From Obrimoposthia wandeli (taxonomy: Eukaryota), in NCBI GenBank assembly GCA_977020255.1, contig CDROCS010000410.1:1-64000 (forward strand): a stretch of 64,000 bases of DNA, written 5' to 3'. Position numbers and translations under genes: made by a program. Below the pieces are notes generated by a model that saw only the letters and a program-made list of their open reading frames with translations, did no database searches and had not been told where the DNA came from. Below are positions 21,310-31,324 of the stretch, piece by piece. The stretch's first letter is position 1, and the number at the start of each line of letters is the position of its first letter.

Positions 21310-23085
21310 TTAGCCGCCAAGTTGTAGACGGTGTAACTGTGCGTAATGCTCACCTTTTTCAAGGAGCTCGGTGTGCGAACCACTTTCTATGATAGAACCG
21401 GATTCGATAACTAAGATACGGTCGGCAGCTTCAATAGTGCTTAAGCGATGGGCAATCACTAACGAGGTTCTGTCTTTTTGTAATGTCTCAAGCGCTTGCT
21501 GAACTTTTTTCTCAGATTCTGCATCCAGTGCCGAGGTTGCTTCATCAAGAATCAAGATAGGAGCATCTTGTAATAACGCGCGTGCAATAGCGATACGTTG
21601 ACGTTGGCCGCCCGAGAGCATTGCCCCGTTCTCACCAACTATGGTATCAAAGCCATTTTCAAAGCCTTCGATAAACTCTAATGCATTAGCTTTTGTTGCA
21701 GCTTCAACAATCTCTTCGCGCGTCACTTCATTAATACAGCCATAGGCAATATTCGCAGCTACCGAGTCATTAAATAAATGCACATTTTGCGATACTAAAG
21801 CAATTTGATTACGTAACGATTTCAACTCATAGTCATGCAGAGGTCTATCATCAATGCTAATCTGCCCTTTCTCTATTTCATAAAAGCGTGTAATCAAGCC
21901 AGCCAAGGTTGATTTACCACTGCCAGAACGACCAACAAGTGCAATCATCTCACCAGGCTGCGCGGTAAAGTTCATATTCTCAATTAAACGCGTACTTGCC
22001 GTAGGATAAGTGAAATCAACATTCGAGAAGGTAATTTTACCAGTAACACGTTCTGGTACATAGGTACCGGTATTTTTTTCGGTTTCCAGATCAAGAATAT
22101 CAAATAAGCTATTACACGCAGAAATTGCTTTTTGGATTTCAGAGTTGACGTTAGTAATATCGCGTAATGGACGTAATAACGCCATCATCGAACCAACAAT
22201 CGCCACGAATTTACCAGGGGTAAGTTCCGCTCTAATAGAGTCAAAAGAGGCAAGATATAACACTACACCAAGTGCGAATGACGCCACAATTTGTACTAAC
22301 GCATTACTCGCAGCACTGGTTGTTGCCATTTTCATTTGTTGCTGGCGGATATGATTACTCACAGTACCAAAACGTTCACGCTCTGTGTCATGCCCTGCAG
22401 ACATTAATACGTCTTTATGACCATGCAACATTTGCTGCGCTGTTGATGACACATTACCCATAGCTTGTTGTAAACGGCGACTGATCACACGGAAACGACC
22501 ACTCACAGAGCCAATGATGAGACCAACTAATGGTGCAATAAATAATAACACTAGAGATAACTGCCAGCTCTGATAAAACATCCAAATAAGCAAACCAAGA
22601 ATAAATGCACCACTACGGAACACATTAACGATGGTTTTAGAGGCTGCACCTGAAACTTGAGTGGAGTCATAAATGATTTTTGATACTAATTCACCAGATG
22701 GCGTTTTATCAAAAAAGCTCACAGGCAAATGCATCAGATGGTCGAACAACTGACGTTGTAGACGCATTACGACGGTATTACCGGCTTTTGCCATGCAATA
22801 ACTTGAACCAAACGAGGCTAAACCACGTAAAGTTACCATGCCGACGACAAACAATGGCATCCATTTTAAGAATGCGGACGTTTCAGCGTTAAAGCCATCA
22901 TCGACAATCGGCTGGAGAATATTAAGTAACGTTGCATCGACAATACCGTAACCGAGCATAGCCAGAACGCCAAGGCCTAAAGTAGTTTTTAAGTCGAGAA
23001 CATATATAGAAAATCGCTTGACCGTCTGCCAAGCTGTGCGCTGTTGATCCATGAAAACTTTCTTGTTATTGAGATAGACGTTCAT
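21310..23085 (-). CDS. msbA: Lipid A-core flippase ABC transporter
   Basis: TMD plus NBD: GRSGSGKST, LSGGQRQR, ILDEATSALD; upstream of lpxK. Confidence 0.95.
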   Translation of the reverse strand: MNVYLNNKKVFMDQQRTAWQTVKRFSIYVLDLKTTLGLGVLAMLGYGIVDATLLNILQPIVDDGFNAETSAFLKWMPLFVVGMVTLRGLASFGSSYCMAKAGNTVVMRLQRQLFDHLMHLPVSFFDKTPSGELVSKIIYDSTQVSGAASKTIVNVFRSGAFILGLLIWMFYQSWQLSLVLLFIAPLVGLIIGSVSGRFRVISRRLQQAMGNVSSTAQQMLHGHKDVLMSAGHDTERERFGTVSNHIRQQQMKMATTSAASNALVQIVASFALGVVLYLASFDSIRAELTPGKFVAIVGSMMALLRPLRDITNVNSEIQKAISACNSLFDILDLETEKNTGTYVPERVTGKITFSNVDFTYPTASTRLIENMNFTAQPGEMIALVGRSGSGKSTLAGLITRFYEIEKGQISIDDRPLHDYELKSLRNQIALVSQNVHLFNDSVAANIAYGCINEVTREEIVEAATKANALEFIEGFENGFDTIVGENGAMLSGGQRQRIAIARALLQDAPILILDEATSALDAESEKKVQQALETLQKDRTSLVIAHRLSTIEAADRILVIESGSIIESGSHTELLEKGEHYAQLHRLQLGG

Positions 23086-23164
23086 TTTAAACCTAGGTTA
23101 GGCAAAACACCAAACTTTCCAAGCTTAGAACCTCATAATAACTGTTTTTTAACCATATTAACGC

Positions 23165-23195
23165 AAAAGGGCTGCTCCAAATGGACCAACCCTTT
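23165..23195 (-). terminator. Probable terminator of the YCF48-MMPL operon
   Basis: Minus strand AAAGGGTTG-GTCC-attt-GGAG-CAGCCCTTTT; imperfect stem with a U-tail about 50 nt after the MMPL stop. Confidence 0.5.
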
Positions 23196-23245
23196 AAACA
23201 ATCGAGCCTAGAAGACCTTAGTTAATACACTTAACAGGCATAATT

Positions 23246-25612
23246 TTATGCTGCATTGCTATTAACATCTGCCCTCTTAACCTGATCATACGGTGCCTCA
23301 ACGATCCTGTTACCACCGATATTCAATAGCCAAGCCAGCGCAGGTAAGAAACACAATGCTCCCAACATGTTCCAAATAAACATAAAGGTAAGCATCAGCC
23401 CCATATCCGCTTGGAATTTAATCGGTGAAAGCACCCAAGTACATACGCCAATAGCTAAAGTAATACCGGTAAATGCAACCGCTTTACCGGTACTTGATAG
23501 CGCGTATTTATAAGCATCTTGTAAATTATCACCAATTTTTAAACGCGCTGATAACTGGCTATAAATATAAATACCGTAATCCACACCAATACCGACACCA
23601 AGGGCTATCACAGGCAAAGTTGCTACTTTCACGCCAATGCCTAACGTCGCCATTAATGCTTGCCCCAAAATAGAGGTCAATGCTAACGGTAAAATAATAC
23701 ATATCAATGTTTTAACCGAGCGGAATGTCAAGAAACACAATACCGCCACAACGCCATACACCCACATCAGCATTTGATATTGGGCTTTTTCAATCACACT
23801 GTTAGTTGCCGCCTCAATACCAGCATTACCCGCCGCCAGTGCAAAATTAACACCCTCGGTTTTATTTGCAGCGGTATAAGCCGTTATATCTGCGATCACC
23901 GTTTCCAATGTATTGGCTTTATGATCATCAAGATAAATAATCAGCGGTAACATACTGCAAGTATTATTCATAAACGCAGCTGGAGCACGCCCTACCGCGG
24001 CATTCAGCACCAGTTGATTAGGGCTTAAACCTTGCCACTTAGGGTTACCTTCATTCATACCAACAATGGCTTTCTTGGCAATTGTCGCGACAGATAATGT
24101 CGACTGTACACCTGGAATACCCTCAACATGAGCCTGTAATTGATTCACCGCATTCAAGGTATGGTAACTGCTGCACTGCTCTGCAGGCGTTTCGACCATC
24201 AATACCATAATGTCAGTACTGGCTTGATAATTGTTAACCACATACGCATTGTCAAGATTATAGCGACTATCCGCACGTAACTCTGGCGCACCCGCATCCA
24301 GATCACCGATTTTCAGCGATTGGCCTTGGTATAAACCAACAGCAAGACAAACCACACCAAATAGCAGCGCTGACTTAGCCCATTTCGCATCGGCAAAACG
24401 GCTAAATATCGTCACAATTAACGGGGTTTTTGATTGTTCGGCTAACAAGTATTTAATGCCCGCAGGAGATACACCCGTCCAAGACATTAAAATTGGTAAC
24501 AAGATCAAGTTAGTTAACAAGATAACCGCCACACCAACACTTGCCGCAGTAGCCAGATCTTGAATAACTTCAATTTCAATCACGTTTAAAGTAATAAAAC
24601 CAAGTCCATCACTTAACAAAGCAATCAAACCAGGGATGGCTAACGCTCTGAAACCAAGACGTGCCGCTTGTTCAGCTTTATTACCGGCAGCCATATGCTG
24701 ACCGATAGCGCTAATAAGTTGTACACCATGACTCACTGCTATCGCAAACACTAAAAATGGCACGAGCATAGAGTAAGGATCCAGCCCTTGCCCCAATAGA
24801 TTAAGTAAACCCAGCTGCCAAATAACCGCAACCAATGCGCAAGTAACCGTCACCAAAGTACTTCTTAAACAACGGCTATACAGATACAATAAGGCAAAAG
24901 TAATGGCAATAGCCGTTAAGAAAAAGATAACGACTTCAGCCGCACCCGCAATCAGATCACCAACGACTTTAGCAAAGCCAGTAATGTGAACCTTTACCCC
25001 ATTCACTTCATATTTGCTGCGAATTTCTTCTAGCGTATTAGACAGTTGATTGTAATCAAGAGGTTTACCTGTATCAGGATTAATACTCATTAACGGCAGT
25101 AAGAACACCGCTGATTGTAAATTATCACCAACAAGATAACCCACTTGACCTGATAACATCACATTGCGACGTAATCTATCCAGCGTACGTTGACTGCCAT
25201 CATAATCACTCGGAATAACAGTACCACCGACAAAACCGTCTTCAGTCACTTCGGCCCAGGTTACATTAGCGGTCCAAATTGATTTCATCCCTGAACGGTC
25301 AACCCCGGGTATAAAAAATAGCTCATCATTCAAGGTACGCATCTGCTCTTGAAATTCGGCGTTGAAGATATCACCGTTTTCATTTTCAATAACAACTCGT
25401 ACGCTATTACCTAAGCTGGCCAACTCTTGTTTGTAATTTAAATAGTTTTGTACATACTCATGTTGCACTGGGATCATTTTTTCAAATGACGCACTAGGTC
25501 TAACTAAACTCGCGTTGTATGCCAAAAAGGCAGTAAGCAACACAATCACAGCAAACACGATATATTTAAAACCAAATAACTGTTTCTCGATCCAAATAGT
25601 AAGCTTTTCCAT
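23246..25612 (-). CDS. RND-superfamily MMPL-family transporter
   Basis: 788 aa, two repeats of TM-periplasmic loop-5TM; FAIAVSHGVQ and LGVGIGVDYGIY motifs. Confidence 0.88.
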   Translation of the reverse strand: MEKLTIWIEKQLFGFKYIVFAVIVLLTAFLAYNASLVRPSASFEKMIPVQHEYVQNYLNYKQELASLGNSVRVVIENENGDIFNAEFQEQMRTLNDELFFIPGVDRSGMKSIWTANVTWAEVTEDGFVGGTVIPSDYDGSQRTLDRLRRNVMLSGQVGYLVGDNLQSAVFLLPLMSINPDTGKPLDYNQLSNTLEEIRSKYEVNGVKVHITGFAKVVGDLIAGAAEVVIFFLTAIAITFALLYLYSRCLRSTLVTVTCALVAVIWQLGLLNLLGQGLDPYSMLVPFLVFAIAVSHGVQLISAIGQHMAAGNKAEQAARLGFRALAIPGLIALLSDGLGFITLNVIEIEVIQDLATAASVGVAVILLTNLILLPILMSWTGVSPAGIKYLLAEQSKTPLIVTIFSRFADAKWAKSALLFGVVCLAVGLYQGQSLKIGDLDAGAPELRADSRYNLDNAYVVNNYQASTDIMVLMVETPAEQCSSYHTLNAVNQLQAHVEGIPGVQSTLSVATIAKKAIVGMNEGNPKWQGLSPNQLVLNAAVGRAPAAFMNNTCSMLPLIIYLDDHKANTLETVIADITAYTAANKTEGVNFALAAGNAGIEAATNSVIEKAQYQMLMWVYGVVAVLCFLTFRSVKTLICIILPLALTSILGQALMATLGIGVKVATLPVIALGVGIGVDYGIYIYSQLSARLKIGDNLQDAYKYALSSTGKAVAFTGITLAIGVCTWVLSPIKFQADMGLMLTFMFIWNMLGALCFLPALAWLLNIGGNRIVEAPYDQVKRADVNSNAA

Positions 25613-25613
25613 A

Positions 25614-26849
25614 TTACTTCAGACCTCCCTGCCCTAAGTCATTTTTGTTACTTGCTTGCCAACCACGCAATCCAGTCGTGATCACATGATCATCGACAAT
25701 GTTAACTGACGTGATATCAATACGTTGATTTGAACTTGAGATATTATCGAAGGTTGCCCCGTTATAGACTAGTTTTAGTCCACCAGCACCGACCAATAAT
25801 AGATCGGTATCATTAAGCCAATCTGCAGAGAATATATGATTAGTCACACCCGTATCCAGATGCTGCCAAGTCTCGCCTTGGTCTTGTGAGGCAAACATAT
25901 TACCACGTAGTCCGTAGCTATAAAGTGACGCGCCATTGGACTCAATACCAAACAAAGACCCCATGTAATCGATGTCCAATGCTCGCCAACTATTGCCATG
26001 ATCTGAAGTCGCCATACCAAGACCCGCTTCACCCACAACATAAATGTTATCATTCGCATCGGTTGTAAGCGCGTTTAGGTGGAAACCTTCTGGATTAGGT
26101 ACTTGAAAGCCAATATATTGCCAACTGTTACCGCCATCTTTGGTTTCAAGCATTGAGCCATAAGCACCAATAACGAGGCCATAATCAGGGGTCGTGAATA
26201 ACACATCAAAAAATGAAATTTCAATGCCCGCATTAGCGGTTAAATCTTCGAGTTTATAGATCGCATCATCAAGCTGCATCTCTAATTCATCAAGTGTATC
26301 TTCATCAATACTGTCGTTATCAATAATGTCGTTATCAAAAGCCGTTTCAGCAAGTTCAAACTGCGCTGTTAATATCACAATTTGTTGTTCCAAGCTGGTT
26401 TTAAGCAACCCAGTTAACTGCAAACCATCAAACACTTTGATCCAGCTAAGACCAGCGTCCGTGGTTTTTAATATCACGCCTTGATGACCAACAGCCCAGG
26501 CCACTTTATCATCAATGAAATTCACTGCCGTAATTGTCGTTTGCACAGGAACATTAGCCTGAGTCCAAGTTGGGTCGCCATTAACTCGCACTAAAATACG
26601 GCCGTATTCCCCGACCATAATCTGACGTGTTTGAAAATGTTCTATGTCTAAAAAGACACTTTCCTCAACAATACGGTTCATTTCTGCTGCAACTTGTAAC
26701 ACATTGTTATTAGCATAAATGGTTGCACTACTTACATCATCAGTTAACGCTTGCTCTTCGCTGGCACTTTGCACTTGTAAAGGTACAGGTAAACTTAATG
26801 CGCATAACAGCGCGAGCGATTTTTTATCCATTCTTGGCATTTCTATCAC
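25614..26849 (-). CDS. Exported YCF48/BNR-repeat beta-propeller protein with an acidic insertion
   Basis: Signal peptide; repeated Asp-box motifs (TTDAGLSW, TKDGGNSW, TSDHGNSW, SQDQGETW); stop 1 nt from the MMPL start. Confidence 0.85.
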   Translation of the reverse strand: MIEMPRMDKKSLALLCALSLPVPLQVQSASEEQALTDDVSSATIYANNNVLQVAAEMNRIVEESVFLDIEHFQTRQIMVGEYGRILVRVNGDPTWTQANVPVQTTITAVNFIDDKVAWAVGHQGVILKTTDAGLSWIKVFDGLQLTGLLKTSLEQQIVILTAQFELAETAFDNDIIDNDSIDEDTLDELEMQLDDAIYKLEDLTANAGIEISFFDVLFTTPDYGLVIGAYGSMLETKDGGNSWQYIGFQVPNPEGFHLNALTTDANDNIYVVGEAGLGMATSDHGNSWRALDIDYMGSLFGIESNGASLYSYGLRGNMFASQDQGETWQHLDTGVTNHIFSADWLNDTDLLLVGAGGLKLVYNGATFDNISSSNQRIDITSVNIVDDHVITTGLRGWQASNKNDLGQGGLK

Positions 26850-26943
26850 CTTAATCCCTTAAGTTTACGAAGGCCTTCTCACTAAGGCCCAAATTTTGTT
26901 ATCCAATGGCACTCCATCACCACCTGATATAATCATCCCATCA

Positions 26944-27990
26944 CTACAAATGAACAACTATTTTTGAATGTTCATGCTCACCTCGGTAAGCACCGGGCGT
27001 AATGCCTTTCCAACGTTTAAAAGCCCGAGAGAAATTAGCTACATTAGAAAAACCTAATAAATAGCTTATTTCCCCCAAGGATAAACGGTTTTGGTCTAAA
27101 TGCTGAACAGCGGTTGTTTGGCGGATGTTTTCGACTAAATCTTTATAACTGGTCCCAGAATCATTTAGTTTTCGTTGTAAACTACGTTGACTAAAATTCA
27201 GTTTCCCAGCCACTAAGTCTATATTTGGTATACCTGTTGCCATGACCGAAACAACTTCTGAACGCACTTGGCTAATAACATTATTGCAATCAAGTCCAGC
27301 AAGATAATCATCCGCCGCTTTATCACTGAGAGAAACAAGGTCTGGGGCAAAATTGGGGAGGCGTTTCGATAATAGCTTACGATCCATCACTAACATGGAC
27401 TTACCTGAATCAAACACGATTGGGCAACCAGTATGCGCTTCAAATTTATCCGCGCAGCGCGCAGGGGCTGTGGTATATATTTTGACTGGGGCGAACCCTG
27501 GATTTGAAAGGTCGCGGCATATTTTTATGATAGACAGCAACATTGTAAGTTCGAGTTCTGCGCCAATGCGGTCGTTATTGTCAGCAGACTCATTCAAGTT
27601 TAATGCTAGGTAACACAACTGCTCGTCTTCCATTAAATTAATACGGCAAGCACTACTGAGTACACGGTCATAATGCACTAAACGACTAAATGCGTCTTGC
27701 AATGATGATGAGGCTTGTAGTGCATATCCGAGTGCATGAAAGGTGGTAGCAACAATACATTGACTCACTTTAATCGGTAAAAGTGGATCATCAGTTAGCG
27801 TTACAGATTGTTCGAAGAGTTTATTACACAGTTTAACCGGAACACGACTGCCAACGTTGCTTATTTCATCAATGCAAATATCTGATTTGGATAATAGCTC
27901 AAAAGGTTCAATACCTTTCCATAACAACGCTTTGTATAAGGCAACTAACCAGCCTCCAATAACATCTCCTTGTCCATCCATTATCAGCAC
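26944..27990 (-). CDS. AraC-family regulator (OruR-like N-terminal domain)
   Basis: C-terminal double HTH SQRSLQRKL, ISYLLGFSNVANFSRAFKRWKG; co-oriented upstream of YCF48-MMPL. Confidence 0.92.
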   Translation of the reverse strand: MLIMDGQGDVIGGWLVALYKALLWKGIEPFELLSKSDICIDEISNVGSRVPVKLCNKLFEQSVTLTDDPLLPIKVSQCIVATTFHALGYALQASSSLQDAFSRLVHYDRVLSSACRINLMEDEQLCYLALNLNESADNNDRIGAELELTMLLSIIKICRDLSNPGFAPVKIYTTAPARCADKFEAHTGCPIVFDSGKSMLVMDRKLLSKRLPNFAPDLVSLSDKAADDYLAGLDCNNVISQVRSEVVSVMATGIPNIDLVAGKLNFSQRSLQRKLNDSGTSYKDLVENIRQTTAVQHLDQNRLSLGEISYLLGFSNVANFSRAFKRWKGITPGAYRGEHEHSKIVVHL

Positions 27991-28216
27991 TCCTTTGCTT
28001 ATATTCGCGTAGTTTCATCAATAATGGCTTATAAATAACGCATATACCAAAATCAAAGCAAACCATATAGAACAAATATTTCACATGAGCAACATAATCG
28101 CAACAAGTTTAATGCAAAAGTAGGAGCTAAAGTTATTAATAGTTCAAACGTTTGATTAAATTATTATAAAGGTATTAGATTATTGACAAATTTAATACCT
28201 ATATATAGGGGATTTA

Positions 28217-29593
28217 TTAAAGGATCTCACTGAATACGTCAGCAGCTTCAATATCAAGGATACCAGAACGGTTAACGGTTATTTTATGTCTTTGATATTC
28301 AACTTTAGCACTATCATCTTTCAACCCAACAACCACGTTAACTTGATAACGACGTTCAATAGCCTCTTTACTTATCTTACCGTCACTCTCTGTATAAACA
28401 GCGCCTGTACCGCGTTCTAAATAACGAATAAGGGGTCTAACACTAAAATATATCTGCTCTTGAATACGATCATAACCTGGCTGGAAACCTTTATTACTGA
28501 CCTTAGTATCTAAGCGATAGTGTAATAAAATAGATTCTTGTTTGTTCTGTGGTCGACGTCGGTATAAAACATCACGCACGACTTTAGGTAATTTACTCTG
28601 CTTAATAAAATCTAGCCATATACGCTGCTTTGAAATAATTTGTCTATTTGATGTATCGATTAAATGTCTCGACCACTTTGGACGTCCCTTACGGATCCAG
28701 CGCCACAACGTATTATTGAACTCATCTTTGAAGATCTCCCTGAAACCATAAATAACGGATAACACAGCAATCAGTGCATAGGTCAGGCCCTTCAATTCAC
28801 CTTGAGCAAAAAAGATCATACTTAATACAATCACCATCACCAGAGATGTCGCCGTACCTTTAACTATTTTCTTCTGATGTGTACCGAGTGCTTGAGTCTC
28901 TTCTTTAAAGATCACGCCATGCTCGATTAAGCGACGTAACAAACGCATCTTATTGGCAATACGATTCGGATCTAGCAAGGTATTAGGGGAATTATAACCA
29001 TTTGCTAAGCGATACTTAGCCTCGCTTCGACAAAAACCAATAATTTCAGCACGTTCATCAAGAAATTCATTATTCTTTTTACGCTTAGACAACGCTTTAT
29101 AACAACATTGTTCACTAAACCATGAAAGGTAATTATCTACATTGTTAAAATAGGCTTTTAATTTTTCATCTGTTGGGGCGTTACGACGAAACTTCTTAAT
29201 AATCGACTTAGCGACATCATTAAGTTCAATTAACGCAGCAAAAAATAATGTCTGATCGATTTGCTCTTGAATATTACGGATGTCTTTTTCGAACGCTTTA
29301 GCGAATTGATAAGCAAAGAGGTTTAGGTTAACACGATATTCATCTGGAGAACGTTTCATGCGACTAGCAAAACGGCTTTGTACTAGCGGTAGATGTAAAC
29401 CTTCAGAATAATATGCACGCTTGCCTTGAATACCACGGTAAAAATAATCATCTTCAGACAATGTGCGAGGATTGATGCCCATTTCATTAGGTAATAAAAA
29501 GTATACATCTACACGACGATAATCACCCTGTGGAATAAGGTGGTTAAGTTTAAATGATAATTTGTCTTCTTGTTTTAAAACTATCTTAGCCAC
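28217..29593 (-). CDS. Hypothetical protein, two central TM helices with large basic soluble domains
   Basis: 458-aa open frame, GTG start after GAGGA; hydrophobic hairpin near aa 245-285; no recognised catalytic motif. Confidence 0.75.
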   Translation of the reverse strand: MAKIVLKQEDKLSFKLNHLIPQGDYRRVDVYFLLPNEMGINPRTLSEDDYFYRGIQGKRAYYSEGLHLPLVQSRFASRMKRSPDEYRVNLNLFAYQFAKAFEKDIRNIQEQIDQTLFFAALIELNDVAKSIIKKFRRNAPTDEKLKAYFNNVDNYLSWFSEQCCYKALSKRKKNNEFLDERAEIIGFCRSEAKYRLANGYNSPNTLLDPNRIANKMRLLRRLIEHGVIFKEETQALGTHQKKIVKGTATSLVMVIVLSMIFFAQGELKGLTYALIAVLSVIYGFREIFKDEFNNTLWRWIRKGRPKWSRHLIDTSNRQIISKQRIWLDFIKQSKLPKVVRDVLYRRRPQNKQESILLHYRLDTKVSNKGFQPGYDRIQEQIYFSVRPLIRYLERGTGAVYTESDGKISKEAIERRYQVNVVVGLKDDSAKVEYQRHKITVNRSGILDIEAADVFSEIL

Positions 29594-29714
29594 GTCCTGT
29601 TTGTCCTCTCGTTATTACACTTACTCCTACCGCTTGGTTATTAATACCTACTAGTGATTACAAAGTTAAGTATTTCAGTACCAAGGGGTATTTTATGGTT
29701 AAGTATATTAGCCT

Positions 29715-30476
29715 TTACAACGACAAATAAGAAGTTAAATCCAAATAGTTAGCTGAATTATTATTTTTATCTTCAATTGATGAAAAATAAGGCATTTCTC
29801 CCATAAGCGGGGCTTCGAGTGCCACCGTTAAGGTTGCGATCATGTCATCATAATTAGCAATATCAGTTGTGGGACTATTGGCGATCCAACCGACTAGATT
29901 AGCCCCTGAATGGGTAATGGCTTGCGCTGATAATATCGCGTGATTCAAACAACCTAACTTAACCCCTACTACAAGAATAACATCTAACTTATTTTCAGCC
30001 ACCCAAGATGAAAATAAGTTACTGTTATCAGAGTTATTTTTATTCATATTAATCGGCAAATGCCAACCACCAGCACCCTCTATCACAGCAAAATCAATAT
30101 CATCAGGCAGTTTAGCGAGTGATTCATTCACTAATGCCAAGTCAATAGACTCACCTTGATTATGCGCTGCTATATGTGGGGCGATAGCAGCTTGATAAGC
30201 AATGGGATTAACAATTTTATAATCTAATAACTGCGATGCATGTTGTTGTAATAATACTGCGTCTTCGTTTCGTAAACCCTCTGGCGTTAATACACAACCC
30301 GCCGAGATGGGTTTCAACCCCACAGTTTTAAGCCCTAATTTGTTGGCAAAATCTAGAACTGCACAACTCACCACGGTTTTTCCTACGTCAGTATCTGTAC
30401 CGGTAATAAATACTTTTTTACAATTTGTTGTCATCGTTAACCTTAGTGTTTTTATCTTAAATATGCTGCTTAGCAC
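29715..30476 (-). CDS. bioD: Dethiobiotin synthase
   Basis: FITGTDTDVGKT, KPISAG, IEGAGGW, LGCLNHA. Confidence 0.96.
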   Translation of the reverse strand: MLSSIFKIKTLRLTMTTNCKKVFITGTDTDVGKTVVSCAVLDFANKLGLKTVGLKPISAGCVLTPEGLRNEDAVLLQQHASQLLDYKIVNPIAYQAAIAPHIAAHNQGESIDLALVNESLAKLPDDIDFAVIEGAGGWHLPINMNKNNSDNSNLFSSWVAENKLDVILVVGVKLGCLNHAILSAQAITHSGANLVGWIANSPTTDIANYDDMIATLTVALEAPLMGEMPYFSSIEDKNNNSANYLDLTSYLSL

Positions 30477-31324
30477 TTACGTAACAAACAGTAAGCGAGT
30501 TTGTAGCTAAGGGGTAATAAGCCTTGGTTATCACGTAAGGTTTCATAGTTTGCTTTAAATGCTCTTAGCTCACCTTGTGTTGTCGGTTTAGTGTCTTTGT
30601 CATGAACATGATTAGCACCAATTCCTTTCAAGCTTTGCATTACTTCTTTCACGCTGGAGTAATACATGGTTTGGATCTCAACCTGAAATGTTACAACGCT
30701 TAAACCTGATTTTAATAACGCGGTTTTAATTTCACCTTCAGACAAAAATCGATTCACGTGTCGATGCGTATTGACCCCCGACCATGATTGCGTCAATTCA
30801 TCAAGGCTCCCCGCCACCAGCGTGCTAAATAGCATCAAACCACCTTGTTTTAAACAACGTGAGACTTCAATCAAAGGTGTCGCTAGGTCATCACACCATT
30901 GCAACGCCAAGTTTGATACACACAAGTCGATACTACTGGATAGCAAAGGTAACGCCTCAGCATCCGCATTTAACCAGTAAATAGATGGTGTTAACTTATC
31001 CTGTTGCGAGTGCAGCGCTTGTGCTTCTTTTTTTAGATGCATTTTCTGCTTGGCGTGTGCCAGCATTCCGAAGGAGAGATCCACTGCAAATAGCTGATTA
31101 CTGCAATTTCTCAGTGTTGGTAATAACGCTCCACTACCACAACCCAGATCAACGCTGGTGTTATAACGTGTTGCGTTACCTTCATTGGCTTTATTAGAAG
31201 CATTCGAAGTACTAGGAAGGCACTGTAAAAGTCGATCGCTAGACAACCGCTGTAATATCGCATGTTGATCATAACTCGCAGCGGCTTTACCGAAGCAGCG
31301 TGCGACAGCGTTCTTATCAATCAT
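30470..31324 (-). CDS. bioC: Malonyl-ACP O-methyltransferase
   Basis: FGKAAASYD, SAM motif VDLGCGSG, SNLALQW; operon position. Confidence 0.93.
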   Translation of the reverse strand: MIDKNAVARCFGKAAASYDQHAILQRLSSDRLLQCLPSTSNASNKANEGNATRYNTSVDLGCGSGALLPTLRNCSNQLFAVDLSFGMLAHAKQKMHLKKEAQALHSQQDKLTPSIYWLNADAEALPLLSSSIDLCVSNLALQWCDDLATPLIEVSRCLKQGGLMLFSTLVAGSLDELTQSWSGVNTHRHVNRFLSEGEIKTALLKSGLSVVTFQVEIQTMYYSSVKEVMQSLKGIGANHVHDKDTKPTTQGELRAFKANYETLRDNQGLLPLSYKLAYCLLRKC

